Assembly (NCBI GenBank): GCA_028826165.1
Contig: JAPDFW010000086.1
Location: 124,001-188,000, forward strand
Reading direction: 5' to 3'
DNA length: 64,000 bases
Source of the DNA: Anaeramoeba ignava BMAN
Taxonomy: Eukaryota > Protista > Anaeramoebae
Shown here: in pieces, positions 51,275-63,349 of the stretch
Position numbering within the stretch: the stretch's first letter is position 1
Layout: each line of letters begins with the position of its first letter
Program-made: the position numbers and the translations under genes
The notes under the pieces: model-generated
The model's database searches: none
Seen by the model: only the letters and a program-made list of their open reading frames with translations
What the model was told of the DNA's origin: nothing

Positions 51275-51416
51275 TTAAATTATTAATTGTTAAAAATATA
51301 AAAATTTTTAAATAAAAAAAAAAATATCGAAAGAAAGAAAAGAAAAAAAAATGAAAAAAAAAATCAAAAAAAAAAAATTAATTTTTTTTAAAATTTTTAT
51401 TTAAAAATTTTTCTAT

Positions 51417-51764
51417 TTAATTGTCTTCAACTTTAAAAAGAAAACGTTTTAATTTTTTTGAAGAAAGAAGTCTTTTAATTTTTTTAGGATCTTTAATAAC
51501 TTGAACATTTCCAGATTCAAAAAGTTTTTTTTCTTGAATTTTCTTTCTTTCTTCTAATTGTTTTTTCTTTTTTTTTCTTTCTTCTCTTGATTTTTTTTTC
51601 ATTTCTTCTTCAACTTCTTTCATTTTTTTATGTTTTTCTTTTTCTTCTCTTTTGATTTGAACTGATTGTTTCATTGTTTTCGTTTTTCTTTGAAATTTAT
51701 GCATTGGATTTCTTTGTGTTTTCCAAATTCTTTTTGATTTTAATGTTCCTTTAACTTGACTCAT
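51417..51764 (-). CDS. CCDC86: CCDC86/Cgr1-like nucleolar protein
   Basis: KGTLKSKRIWK...VQVIKDPKKIKRL; basic coiled coil. Confidence 0.7.
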   Translation of the reverse strand: MSQVKGTLKSKRIWKTQRNPMHKFQRKTKTMKQSVQIKREEKEKHKKMKEVEEEMKKKSREERKKKKKQLEERKKIQEKKLFESGNVQVIKDPKKIKRLLSSKKLKRFLFKVEDN

Positions 51765-51850
51765 AATTTTTTATTTTCAAAAAAAAGAAAAAAAATGAAA
51801 AAAAATTTAATTTTCAAAAAATCATTTTTTCATTTTTTTTCTTTTTAAAA

Positions 51851-53675
51851 ATGAATGAAATTTTATATTTTGGTGAAAATGAATATCCAAAACTTTTAAA
51901 AAATGAACCAAATGAAATAAAAAAACCAATTCAATTTAAATTTGAAAATGAAAATTGAAAATTTAATTGAAAATAAAAATTTATTTCAATTTGAAAATGA
52001 AAATGAAAATGAAAAACAAATTAAACAAATTTCAACAGGAAGTTTTGGAATAATTTTCCTTTTTGAAAATGGAAAAGCAATAGAATATTCTGGTCTTCTC
52101 TTTCAAACTTGGAAAAACATCCAAATTGAAAATATTCAAAAAGTAATTATTTGCTATCAAAATGTAGCTATTTTAACAAAAGAAGGAAATGTATTTGCCA
52201 AAGGAATTGATATTAATCTAGATAATCCAAATGAATTTATCAATATTTCATCATTAATTAAATATACAAATGATAGGATAATTGAAGATATTGTTTCTGG
52301 AAGAAATTCAATTTACTTATTAACTTCAAATCAAAATCTTTATGGAATTGCCGATAATCATTTTGCTCAACTTGCTTTTAATTCTGAAGCACTTCCTACA
52401 ACAGAAAAACCAATTTTAATGATGAAAAATGTTTCTAAAATATTTTCAGGAAATTCTTCAAATCATGTTTTTCTCTTAAATTTAAATCAAGAATTATTTG
52501 GATGCGGAAATAATAAAGAAGGTCAACTTGGATTAGGAGAATCAAGAAGAGACGAAGCAAAAATCCAAAAATTAATCAAAATTCAAAATATTCCAAAAGG
52601 CAAAATAATTGATATTCAATGTGGAGATTCTCATTCAATAATGTTGATTGAAGATCAAAATCAAAAAAGAAAACTTTATTCATGTGGATTTTATGGTTAT
52701 AATGGACTTGGCAAAAGATTGCAAAATACTTATGAATTTACTGAAATCAAATCATCTTTATTTGAAAATGATTATATTCTTGATTTTTCTGTTGGTGATA
52801 GACATACTTTGATTTTAACTTTCAAAGGGAAATTAATCGGATTTGGAAGTAATTCATCTGGTCAATTAGGAATTGGAAATACAGAAGATAAATCAATTCC
52901 AAATCAAATTAGCCTTCCAAACAATGAATTAATTCCAATTCAAATTCCTGGATTAAGATTTAAAGAAGATATTTTCAACTACCATCTTTATTGTGGAAAT
53001 TCCAGATCATTTCTTTATTATATTCCTTCTTTTTCCAATCTTGAAGAAGATTTGATAAAATTATTTAGAAGAAAAGAATTTTGTGATATTTCATTTAAAA
53101 CCAAAGATGGAGAAATAATTGAAGCTCATAAATTAATATTAGAAACAATTATTGGACAAGATGAAAATCAATTTGAAAAACTTCAAGAAATTATTTCAAA
53201 TAAATCAATTAAAGAATCAAATCAAATATTTGAAATGATTTATTCAAACAATCCCAAAATAAATCCAAAATTATATTCAGAAATTGAAATTGAATTTAAT
53301 CTATTCAATACAATAGAAGAATCAATGAAAGAATTATTTGAAAATGAAAATGAAAAAGATTTTATAATTGAAAGAAAAGAAAAACAATATAAATTTCCTA
53401 AATTAATGTTAATGATGAGAAGTGAATTATATCTAGGAATGTTTTTATCTGTAACTGATGATAAATCTAATAAATTTACAGATTATAGTGAATTAAGTGA
53501 TAAATCATTCCAAATATTTGAATATTGGATTTATTCAAATCAAATTAAAGAAGGAATTCAAATTACAAAAGAAATAATTTATGAAATTGAAACTGGAATG
53601 GATTATTTACAATTAAATCAAACATATCCAAATTTATTGGATTTATTGATTTTCAAATTTAATATCCAAAATTAA
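51851..53675 (+). CDS. RCC1-BTB copy F (frameshift in the EN tract near 51955)
   Basis: True start MNEILYFGENEYPK at 51851 is out of frame with the 51942 ORF. Confidence 0.85.
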
Positions 53676-54009
53676 AATTAAAATTAAAATTCAAAATCCA
53701 AATCAAAATCAAAATTAAAATTAAAATTTTTTAAAAATCAAAATTAAAATTAAAATTAAAATTTAAATTCAAAATCAAAATCAAAATCAAAATCAATATC
53801 AAAATTAAAATCAAAATTAAAATCAAAATTAAAATTCAAATTAAAATTAAAAAATTTAATAATCAAAATTAAAATTAAAATCAAATTCAAAATCAAAATC
53901 AAAATTAAAATCAAAATTAAAATCAAAATCAAAATCAAAATTAAAATTAAAATTAAAATCAAAATTAAAATTTTTTAAAAATCATTTTTTCATTTTTTTC
54001 TTTTCAAAA

Positions 54010-55824
54010 ATGAGTGATTGTTTATTTTTTGGTCAAAATCAATTTCCAAAACTTATCAAAAATGAACCAGATAAAATAACAAAACCAACTCAATTTAAAT
54101 TTGAAAATGAAAATGAAAATGAAAATGAAAAACAAATTAAACAAGTTTTAAGAGGCAGCCCTTTTAAAACAATTTTCCTTTTTAAAAATGGAAAAGCAAT
54201 CGAATATGGAGAAGGTTTATTTCGAATGGAAATCAAAAAAATCCAAATTGAAAATATTCAAAAAGTAACTGTTGGTTATAATAATAAAGCTATTTTAACA
54301 AAAGAAGGAAATGTAATTGGAAAAGTATCTTTGATTGAGTCAAATCGGGAAATTAATATTTCATCATTATTTGAAGATCCAAATGATAGAATAATTCAAG
54401 ATATTGTTTCTGGATATAAATCAATTTACTTATTAACTTCAAATCAAAATGCTTATGGAATTGGTTCAAATAAACATGGTCAACTTGGTTTTGATTCTAA
54501 AACACTTAATAAAACAGAAAAACCAATTTTAATTATGAAAAATGTTTCTAAAATATTTTCAGGAAATTCTTCAAATCATGTTTTTCTTTTAAATTTAAAT
54601 CAAGAATTATTTGGATGCGGATATAATAAATATGGCCAACTTGGATTAGGAGAATCAATGAAAGAAAAAAAAATTCAAAAATTAACCAAAATCCAAAATA
54701 TTCCAAAAGGCAATATAATTGATATTCAATGTGGAGATTCTCATTCAATAATGTTGATTGAAGATGAAGATGAAAATCCAAAAAGAAAACTTTATTCATG
54801 TGGACATCATCTAAATAATGGACTTGGAAAAAATGGAGATACTTATGAATTTACTGAAATCGAATCATCTTTATTTGAAAATGATGATGATGATAATATT
54901 CTTGATTTTTCTGTTGGAAATACTCATAATTTGATTTTAACATCAAAAGGGAAATTAATCGGATTTGGAAGTAATTCATTTGGTCAATTAGGAACTGGAA
55001 ATACAGAAGATCAATCAATTCCAATTCAAATTGAACTTCCTAAATTAAGATTTAATGAAGATATCCCCAATTATCATATTTCTTGTGGATTTTACAATTC
55101 ATTTCTTTATTATTATTCTTTTCTTTCCAATCTTGAAGAAGATTTGATAAAATTATTTAGAAGAAAAGAATTTTGTGATATTTCATTTAAAACCAAAAAT
55201 GGAGAAATAATTGAAGCTCATAAATTAATATTAGAAACTATTATTGGAAAAGATGAAAATCAATTCGAAAAACTTCAAAAAATTATTTCAAATAAATCAA
55301 CTAAAGAATCAAATCAAATATTTGAAATGATTTATTCAAACAATCCCAAAATAAATCCAAAATTATATTCTGAAATTGAAATTGAATTTAATCTATTCAA
55401 TCCAATAGAAGAAACAATGAAAGAATTATTTGAAAATGAAAATGAAAAAGATTTTATAATTGAAAGAAAAGAAAAACAATATAAATTCCCAAAATTACTA
55501 TTAATGATGAGAAGTGAATTATATCTAGGAATGTTTTTATCTGTAACAGAAGATAAATCTAATAAAGTTACAGATTATAGTGAATTAAGTGATGAATCAT
55601 TTCAAATATTAGAATATTGGATTTATTCAAATCAAATTAAAGAAGAAATTCAAATTACACAAGAAATCATTTATGAAATTGAAACTGGAATGGATTATTT
55701 TCAATTAAATCAAACAAATCCAAATTTATTGGATTTATTAATGAATCAATTTGATATCCAAATCCAACAACAAATTCAAAACCAAAAAAGAAAAAAAAAA
55801 TTATTTACCTTTTATGATATATAG
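54010..55824 (+). CDS. RCC1-BTB copy G (intact)
   Basis: 604-aa ORF. Confidence 0.9.
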   Translation: MSDCLFFGQNQFPKLIKNEPDKITKPTQFKFENENENENEKQIKQVLRGSPFKTIFLFKNGKAIEYGEGLFRMEIKKIQIENIQKVTVGYNNKAILTKEGNVIGKVSLIESNREINISSLFEDPNDRIIQDIVSGYKSIYLLTSNQNAYGIGSNKHGQLGFDSKTLNKTEKPILIMKNVSKIFSGNSSNHVFLLNLNQELFGCGYNKYGQLGLGESMKEKKIQKLTKIQNIPKGNIIDIQCGDSHSIMLIEDEDENPKRKLYSCGHHLNNGLGKNGDTYEFTEIESSLFENDDDDNILDFSVGNTHNLILTSKGKLIGFGSNSFGQLGTGNTEDQSIPIQIELPKLRFNEDIPNYHISCGFYNSFLYYYSFLSNLEEDLIKLFRRKEFCDISFKTKNGEIIEAHKLILETIIGKDENQFEKLQKIISNKSTKESNQIFEMIYSNNPKINPKLYSEIEIEFNLFNPIEETMKELFENENEKDFIIERKEKQYKFPKLLLMMRSELYLGMFLSVTEDKSNKVTDYSELSDESFQILEYWIYSNQIKEEIQITQEIIYEIETGMDYFQLNQTNPNLLDLLMNQFDIQIQQQIQNQKRKKKLFTFYDI

Positions 55825-56639
55825 TCATTAAAATTAAAATTTAAATTAAAAATCAAAATCAAAATCAAAATTAAAAATCAAAATCAAAATCAAAATTAAA
55901 ATCAAAATTAAAATCAAAATCAAAATCAAAATTAAAATTAAAATCAAAATTAAAATCAAAATCAAAATCAAAAATTTAAAATTAAAATCAAAATCAAAAT
56001 CAAAATTAAAATTAAAATTAAAATTAAAATTAAAATTAAAATCAAAATTAAAATCAAAATTAAAATTAAAATCAAAATCAAAATTAAAATCAAAATCAAA
56101 ATTAAAATTAAAATTAAAATTAAAATTAAAATTAAAATTAAAATTAAAATTAAAATTAAAATTAAAATCAAAATCAAAATCAAAATTAAAATCAATATCA
56201 ATATCAAAATTAAAATCAAAATCAAAATTAAAATTAAAATTAAAAATCAAAATCAAAATCAAAATTAAAAATCAAAATCAAAATCAAAATTAAAATTAAA
56301 ATCAAAATCAATATCAAAATTAAAATCAAAATCAAAATCAAAATTAAAATCAAAATCAAAATCAAAATTAAAATTAAAATTAAAATTAAAATTAAAATTA
56401 AAATTAAAATTAAATTTAATAATCAAAATCAAAATTAAAATTAAAATCAAAATATAAATCAAAATTAAAATTAAAATCTAAATTAAAATCTAAATTAAAA
56501 TTAAATTTAATAATTAAAATCAAAATTAAAATGAAAATCAAAATTAAAATTAAAATTAAAATTAAAATCAAAATTAAAATTAAAATTAAAATTAAAATTA
56601 AAATTCAAAATCATTTTTTCATTTTTTTTCTTTTCAAAA

Positions 56640-58448
56640 ATGAATTATTGTTTATTTTTTGGTCAAAATGAATATCCAAAACTTTTAAAAAATGAACCAG
56701 ATGAAATAACAAAACCAATTCAATTTAAATTTGAAAATGAAAATGAAAATGAAAATGAAAATGAAAATGAAAATGAAAATGAAAATGAAAATGAAAATGA
56801 AAAACAAATTAAACAAATTTCAACAGGTTTTTTTTCAATATTTTTCCTTTTTAAAAATGGAAAAGCAATAGAATATTCAAATGAAAATTATTCAAATAAA
56901 AATCCTGAAAAAATCCAAATTGAAGAAAATATTCAAAAAGTAATTATTTGCTCTTGGAATGAAACTATTTTAACATTAGAAGGAAATGTATTTGCCAAAG
57001 GATATGATATTAATCCAAATAATCCAAAAGAATTTATCAATATTTCATCATTAATTGAAGATCCAAATGATAGAATAATTGAAGATATTGTTTCTGGATA
57101 TAATTCAATTTACTTATTAACTTCAAATCAAAATGCTTATGGAATTGGTTCAAATAAACATGGTCAACTTGGTTTTGATTCTAAAACACTTAATAAAACA
57201 GAAAAACCAATTTTAATTATGAAAAATGTTTCTAAAATATTTTCAGGAAGTTTTTCAGAACATGTTTTTCTTTTAAATTCAAATCAGAAATTATTTGCAT
57301 GCGGTGATAATGAAGATGGTCAACTTGGATTAGGAGAAAAAAAGAAGAAACAATACAAAAAATTAACCAAAATCCAAAATATTCCAAAAGGTAAAATAAT
57401 TGATATTCAATGTGGAATGTCTCATTCAATAATGTTGATTGAAAATGAAAATCAAAATGAAAATCCAAAAAGAAAACTTTATTCATGTGGTTATTTTCCA
57501 TATAATGGACTTGGCAAAAATGGAGATACTTATGAATTTACTGAAATCAAATCATCTTTATTTGAAAATGATGATAATATTCTTGATTTTTCTATTGGAG
57601 ATTATCATACTTTGATTTTAACTTCCAATTCAAAATTAATTGGTTTTGGAAATAATAAATATGGTCAATTAGGAACTGGAAATACAGAAGATCAATTAAT
57701 TCCAATTCAAATTGAACTTCCTAAATTAAGATTTAATGAAGATATTTCTAATTATCATCTTTCTTGTGGATATAACAAATCATTTCTTTATTATTCTCCT
57801 CCTTCTCTTTCCAATCTTGAAGAAGATTTGATAAAACTATTTGAAAGAAAAGAATTTTGTGATATTTCATTTAAAACCAAAAATGGAGAAATAATTGAAG
57901 CTCATAAATTAATATTGAAATATAGATTAAATCAAAATCAAAATGAAATTGAAAAACTTAAAGAAATTATTTCAAATAAATCAATTAAAGAATCAAATCA
58001 AATATTTGAAATGATTTATTCAAACAGAATAATAAATCCAAAATTATATTCAGAAATTAAAGAAATTATAAATTCAAATGAAAAAATTGAAGAAACAATT
58101 AAAAGAATTTATTTAAATGAAAATGAAAAAGATTTTATAATTGAAAGAGAAGAAAAACAATATAAATTTCCAAAATTAATATTAATAATGAGAAGTGAAT
58201 TATATCGAGGAATGTTTTTATCTGTAACAGAAGATAAATCTAATAAAGTTACAGATTATAGTGAATTAAGTGATAAATCATTTCAAATATTAGAATATTG
58301 GATTTATTCAAATCAAATTAAAGAAAAAATTCAAATTACACAAGAAATAATTGATGAAATTCAAACAGGAATTGATTATTTTCAATTAAATCAAACAAAT
58401 CCAAATTTATTTGATTTATTAATTAACAAATTTAATAATCAAAATTAA
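56640..58448 (+). CDS. RCC1-BTB copy H (intact)
   Basis: 602-aa ORF. Confidence 0.9.
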   Translation: MNYCLFFGQNEYPKLLKNEPDEITKPIQFKFENENENENENENENENENENENEKQIKQISTGFFSIFFLFKNGKAIEYSNENYSNKNPEKIQIEENIQKVIICSWNETILTLEGNVFAKGYDINPNNPKEFINISSLIEDPNDRIIEDIVSGYNSIYLLTSNQNAYGIGSNKHGQLGFDSKTLNKTEKPILIMKNVSKIFSGSFSEHVFLLNSNQKLFACGDNEDGQLGLGEKKKKQYKKLTKIQNIPKGKIIDIQCGMSHSIMLIENENQNENPKRKLYSCGYFPYNGLGKNGDTYEFTEIKSSLFENDDNILDFSIGDYHTLILTSNSKLIGFGNNKYGQLGTGNTEDQLIPIQIELPKLRFNEDISNYHLSCGYNKSFLYYSPPSLSNLEEDLIKLFERKEFCDISFKTKNGEIIEAHKLILKYRLNQNQNEIEKLKEIISNKSIKESNQIFEMIYSNRIINPKLYSEIKEIINSNEKIEETIKRIYLNENEKDFIIEREEKQYKFPKLILIMRSELYRGMFLSVTEDKSNKVTDYSELSDKSFQILEYWIYSNQIKEKIQITQEIIDEIQTGIDYFQLNQTNPNLFDLLINKFNNQN

Positions 58449-58701
58449 TAAAGAAAATAAGAATTAAAATTAAAATTAAATTCAAAATCAAAATCAAAAT
58501 TAAAATTAAAATCAAAATCAAAATTAAAATCAAAATCAAAATTAAAATCAAAATCAAAATTAAAATTAAAATCAAAATTAAAATTAAAATTAAAATAAAT
58601 TAAAAAGGAATTCATTTTATTCCACTTTTTTTTTGGATTGAAAATTTGATTTAAATTTGAATTGAATTGAATTGATTTTTCTCATTATTATTTTTTTTTG
58701 T

Positions 58702-59838
58702 TTAAAGAAGAAGCCTAACCATAATTGGCCTATGATCTGAAGGTCTGAAATTTCCAAAAGTATCAATAATAACATTATAAGATTTAACTTTTGCGCTTGG
58801 ATTACAAAAAATATAATCAATAAGAATATTTTGAGAATTTTCAACAATTTTGGAAGTTTTCCAACCAGTAAAAGAACCTAATTGTTCAAAATTTTTAAAA
58901 TCCGCAACCAAACTAGAATCGACTAAATCAGCGAAATTATGATGATCTTTCTCACTTTCATCTTTGAAAAACTCCTTATAGACATTAGAATCAGGGGTTA
59001 TATTGAAATCACCAGTTAAAACGTAACCGAATCTATTTTTTGTAATTTGACTAATTTTGGATCGAATCAATTTTGCAGAGTTAATTTGGGAATTTTCACT
59101 TATGTGATCCAAATGTGTGTTGAAAACATAAAACTTCATATCATGATTCGATTTTTTTGCAAATAAACCCCAAGTGCAAATCCTGACACAAGCAGAACCC
59201 CAACTAATACTTCCAATTTTATCAGGAGTTTTTGATAGCCAAAAAGTCGATTGATTTAAACAATCCAATTTTTTGTTGTTGTAAAAAATGGCCGCAAATT
59301 CGCCTGAATCTTTCCCATCATTGCGACCGCCACCAATCCAAGAAAAATGCTTGAGATCCTTTTCAAGATCCACAATCTGGTTTTTAAGTGCTTCTTGGAG
59401 AGAAATGACACTTGGTTTATAAATCTTAATTAATTCAATAACAAATTTTTTTCGGTTTTCCCATTTAAATTTTCCATCATCTGGATTATCATATCTGATG
59501 TTAAAACTCATGATTCGGAGTTTTGTTTTGATTTTTTTTTCAATGAATATCACGTTGTTTCTTGGTTCGTTTTCTGTTTGTTCGTAATCTGGCGAACATT
59601 TCCATTCTCCATCAATTATAAATTTAAATTGTTGTTCTCCTTCTAAAAATTCTATTGTTTTTTCATATTTTCCGTTTTTTTCATCCATTTTTTCATTTGG
59701 ATTCCAATTATTAAAATTTCCTGCAATTTTAACATCTTTTTTTTCACTTGGATAATTCCAAAAAATTGTGATTGATTTTGTTTCTTTTTCTTTTTCTTTT
59801 TCTTTTTCTTTTTCTGTTTCTTTTTGATTTGTATTCAT
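58702..59838 (-). CDS. CBM48 (AMPK-beta-type glycogen-binding) + endonuclease/exonuclease/phosphatase fusion
   Basis: VKIAGNFNNW...FKFIIDGEW, then MSFNIRYD, LQEA, NTHLDH, GDFN, IDYIF, SDHRP. Confidence 0.85.
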   Translation of the reverse strand: MNTNQKETEKEKEKEKEKETKSITIFWNYPSEKKDVKIAGNFNNWNPNEKMDEKNGKYEKTIEFLEGEQQFKFIIDGEWKCSPDYEQTENEPRNNVIFIEKKIKTKLRIMSFNIRYDNPDDGKFKWENRKKFVIELIKIYKPSVISLQEALKNQIVDLEKDLKHFSWIGGGRNDGKDSGEFAAIFYNNKKLDCLNQSTFWLSKTPDKIGSISWGSACVRICTWGLFAKKSNHDMKFYVFNTHLDHISENSQINSAKLIRSKISQITKNRFGYVLTGDFNITPDSNVYKEFFKDESEKDHHNFADLVDSSLVADFKNFEQLGSFTGWKTSKIVENSQNILIDYIFCNPSAKVKSYNVIIDTFGNFRPSDHRPIMVRLLL

Positions 59839-59899
59839 TTTTTTCTTTTTTGTTATTAAAAAAATGAAAAAAAAAAAATCAAAAAATTTTTTCCTAAAT

Positions 59900-60340
59900 T
59901 CATTTTGTTTTTTTTCTTCTTTTTTTTAATTCAATTTCTTTTTTAATTTCTTCTAAATTTGTTTCTGTTTTTTTCATCTCCAAAATTAATGATTCTTTTT
60001 CTTTCAATTTTGAATCAAAAATGGATTTTAACGTTTCAATTTGTTTTAAATTTTTTTTTTCATTTTCTTGGAATTCAAGTTGAATTTTTTGTAATTGATT
60101 TGAAATATTTTGAATCTCTTTTTTTTTCAAATTGATTTTATCTTCCCAAGTTTTTTTTATTGATTCCATTTGCAAATTTAGATTTTCTATTTTTTCTTTT
60201 GATTTTAACAAAATTTGATCCACTTTTTGGATTTTTTCTTTTTTTTTAATCAATTGAATTTTAATTTCTTCTAATTCATCTTTTTGAGAAAGAAGTGAAA
60301 TAAATCGATTTTTTAAAGGTTTAAGTTTTTGAAAATTCAT
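59900..60340 (-). CDS. Hypothetical coiled-coil protein
   Basis: K/E/Q-rich heptad ORF starting MNFQKL. Confidence 0.45.
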   Translation of the reverse strand: MNFQKLKPLKNRFISLLSQKDELEEIKIQLIKKKEKIQKVDQILLKSKEKIENLNLQMESIKKTWEDKINLKKKEIQNISNQLQKIQLEFQENEKKNLKQIETLKSIFDSKLKEKESLILEMKKTETNLEEIKKEIELKKRRKKTK

Positions 60341-60469
60341 TTTTAATTTTGAAAAGAAATATAAAAACAAAAAGAAAAGAAAAAGAAAAGAAAAAGAATA
60401 ATAATTTTTTTTTTCATTTTTGATTTCTAATCCACTTTTTGATCAATTTTGATTTGAATTTTAAATTTA

Positions 60470-61590
60470 AAAATGACTTTGATTTTTAATTTGAATTTGG
60501 ATTTGAAATTGAATTTGAATTTTAAATTTGAAATTAAAATTAAAATTAAATTTGAATTTGAATTTGAAATTAAAATTAAAATTAAAATTAAAATTAAAAT
60601 TGAAATTAAAATTGAAATTAAAATTAAAATTAAAATTGAAATTGAAATTAAAATTAAAATTAAAATTAAAATTAAAATTTGAAATTAAAATTAAAATTGA
60701 ATTTGAAATTTGAAATTAAAATTGAAATTAAAATTGAAATTTAAATTTGAAATTAAAATTGAATTGAAATTGAATTGAAATTAAAATTGAATTTGAAATT
60801 AAAATTGAAATTAAAATTAAAATTAAAATTGAAATTAAAATTAAAATTAAAATTAAAATTGAAATTGGAATTGAAATTGAATTTGAATTTGAAATTGATA
60901 TTTAAATTAAAATTAAAATTAAAATCAAAATTGAAATTGAAATTAAAATTGAAATTAAAATTAAATTTGAAATTGAAATTAAAATTGAATTTGAAATTGA
61001 ATTTGAATTTGAAATTAAAATTGAAATTGAATTTGAAATTAAAATTGAATTTGAAATTATAATTAAAATTAAAATTAAAATTTGAAATTAAAATTAATAT
61101 TAAAATTAAAATTTGAAATTGAAATTGAAATTGAAATTGAAATTGAATTTGAATTTGAAATTAAAATTAAAATTAAAATTGAAATTAAAATTAAATTTGA
61201 ATTTGAAATTAAAATTAAATTTGAAATTAAATTTGAAATTAAAATTGATTTAGAAATTAAAATTAAAATTGAAATTGAAATTGAAATTGAAATTGAAATT
61301 AAAATTAAAATTGAAATTAAAATTGAAATTTAAATTGAAATTGAAATTAAAATTGAAATTAAAATTAAAATTAAAATTAAATTTGAAATTGAAACTAAAA
61401 TTAAAATTTGAAATTGAAATTAAAATTGAAATTGAAATTAAAATTAAAATTAAAATTAAAATTGAAATTAAAATTAAAATCAAAATTAAAATTGAAAATT
61501 AAAATTGAAATTGAAATTGAAATTGAAATTTGAAATTGAAATTGAAATTGAAATTGAAATAGAATTAAAATCAAAATTAAAATTGAAATT
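60470..61590. repeat. (AAAATT/GAAATT)n microsatellite
   Basis: Hexamer periodicity. Confidence 0.9.
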
Positions 61591-61594
61591 AAAT

Positions 61595-63267
61595 TTAATC
61601 AGCTTTTAAAGGAATTGTTTTATGAAAATTTTTCCCATCAACTTCATATAAACCATTGTAATTTCTTGAAACAATATTAACAAAATGATGATTCCATTCA
61701 ATATCATGAGGAAGATAAGAATATCTAGCTTGAAAAGAATCTGCAGTAATTTGGTCCATTCCTTCTAAAATAACAATAAATTCACAACAATTTTCAACTA
61801 AACTTTCTTTTGTTTGTTGAAATAAAGGTGAATCTTGATTGATTTTATGGCATATAGTACAAGGTAAAGCAAGTAAAGAATCATCTGAATTAACCATTTC
61901 TATTTCTAATTTTTGCAATTGATATTCTTCAACCCAATTTTGATTTATATTTTGATTTATATTTTGATTTAAATTTTCATTTATATTTAAATTTTCATTT
62001 AAATTTTGATTTAAATTTGAATTTTCATTTAAATTTTCATTTATATTTTCATTTATATTTTGATTTTCATTATTTTCATTTAAATTGTTTTCTGATTCTG
62101 TATTTGATTCTATATTTATTTCTGTTTTTTCTTTCTCATTTTTATTTGTTTTTTGTAATTCACTTCTTTTTTGAAATAATAAAAGTGATGCATTTGAATC
62201 AACTAATTGTTTTCTTCTTAAATTCATTATTCTTAACATTAATGTTGGAATTCCATCTTTTTTACAAATTACTGCTTTTTTAGAAAATAATAAAGTTAAT
62301 GCTCTTGATTCTGGTTGACTTTATTATAAAATGATGAAAAGAATTGATTTTTTTAAATTGATTTTTTTGAATTGATTTTTTTGAATTGATTTTTTTGAAT
62401 AAAATTTACCTAAATTTTCTATAAAGTAAACCAATACAAATCGCATCTTCAAAAATTCCAACTAAAACTTGAAACATAACAATAATATTTGAATAAGTAC
62501 AATAACCTGGATCATCAACTCCATAACCAATCTAAAATAATTAATTTTAAATTTTAGTTTTGATTTTGATTTTAATTTTCATTTTCAATTTTAATTTTAA
62601 TTTTGATTTTGATTTTAATTTTGATTTTGATTTTAATTTTGATTTTGATTTTAATTTTGAATTTGATTTTGATTTGAATTTGATTTTGATTTTGATTTTG
62701 ATTTTGATTTTGATTTTAATTTTAATTTTGATTTTGATTTTGATTTTAATTTTGATTTTAATTTTAATTTTAATTTTGATTTTGATTTTGATTTTGATTT
62801 TAATTTTGATTTTGATTTTAATTTTGATTTTGATTTTGATTTTGATTTTAATTTTTTCAGTTGAATATTTTATCTCACAAAAAAACACAAACAGTAGCTT
62901 GAGTATGAACAGAAAAGAAGTAACAATTCCAAAAAGAAGGATGTTCCATATGCATATCAGACATTTTTGGATAATACAAAGCAGCAAAAAACAAGAAAGT
63001 AACAAGATAACCAAAAATAATGATAGGAAGTAAAGCTTTCCATGGGAGTCTAATTAACAAATGGAAAGGACTGTTTATTTTGTCTCCATATTCACTCGTA
63101 GCTTTCTTCAAAGATATATCAATATGTCCGCTACGATCAACTAATCGTAAATGCTTCCTGTTTCCTTCTTTATTACTTATAAGTGTTTTGTTTTCTTCTT
63201 TTTCTTTCTTTCCTTTTATCCTCATATCGTTTTCACTGCTTATTTCTAACTCATCTGTGTGTGACAT
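61595..63267 (-). CDS. Inward rectifier potassium channel (Kir), 3 exons
   Basis: Exons 63267-62893, 62531-62410, 62318-61595 give FFSVHTQAT|IGYG, FSKKAVI, EFIVILEG, QARYSY. Confidence 0.9.
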
Positions 63268-63349
63268 CAAAATAAATTTATTAAATAATTTTTAAATAAT
63301 GAATAATGAATAAAAAAATGAATTTTTTTATTTTAGAAAAAATTTTTTT

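Noticed and set aside
4550-51960. Programmed frameshifting or an alternative genetic code to explain split ORFs
   Set aside because: Breaks fall mostly in homopolymers or microsatellites at different positions in each paralogue, and intact copies use the standard code. Sequencing error or decay is more likely.
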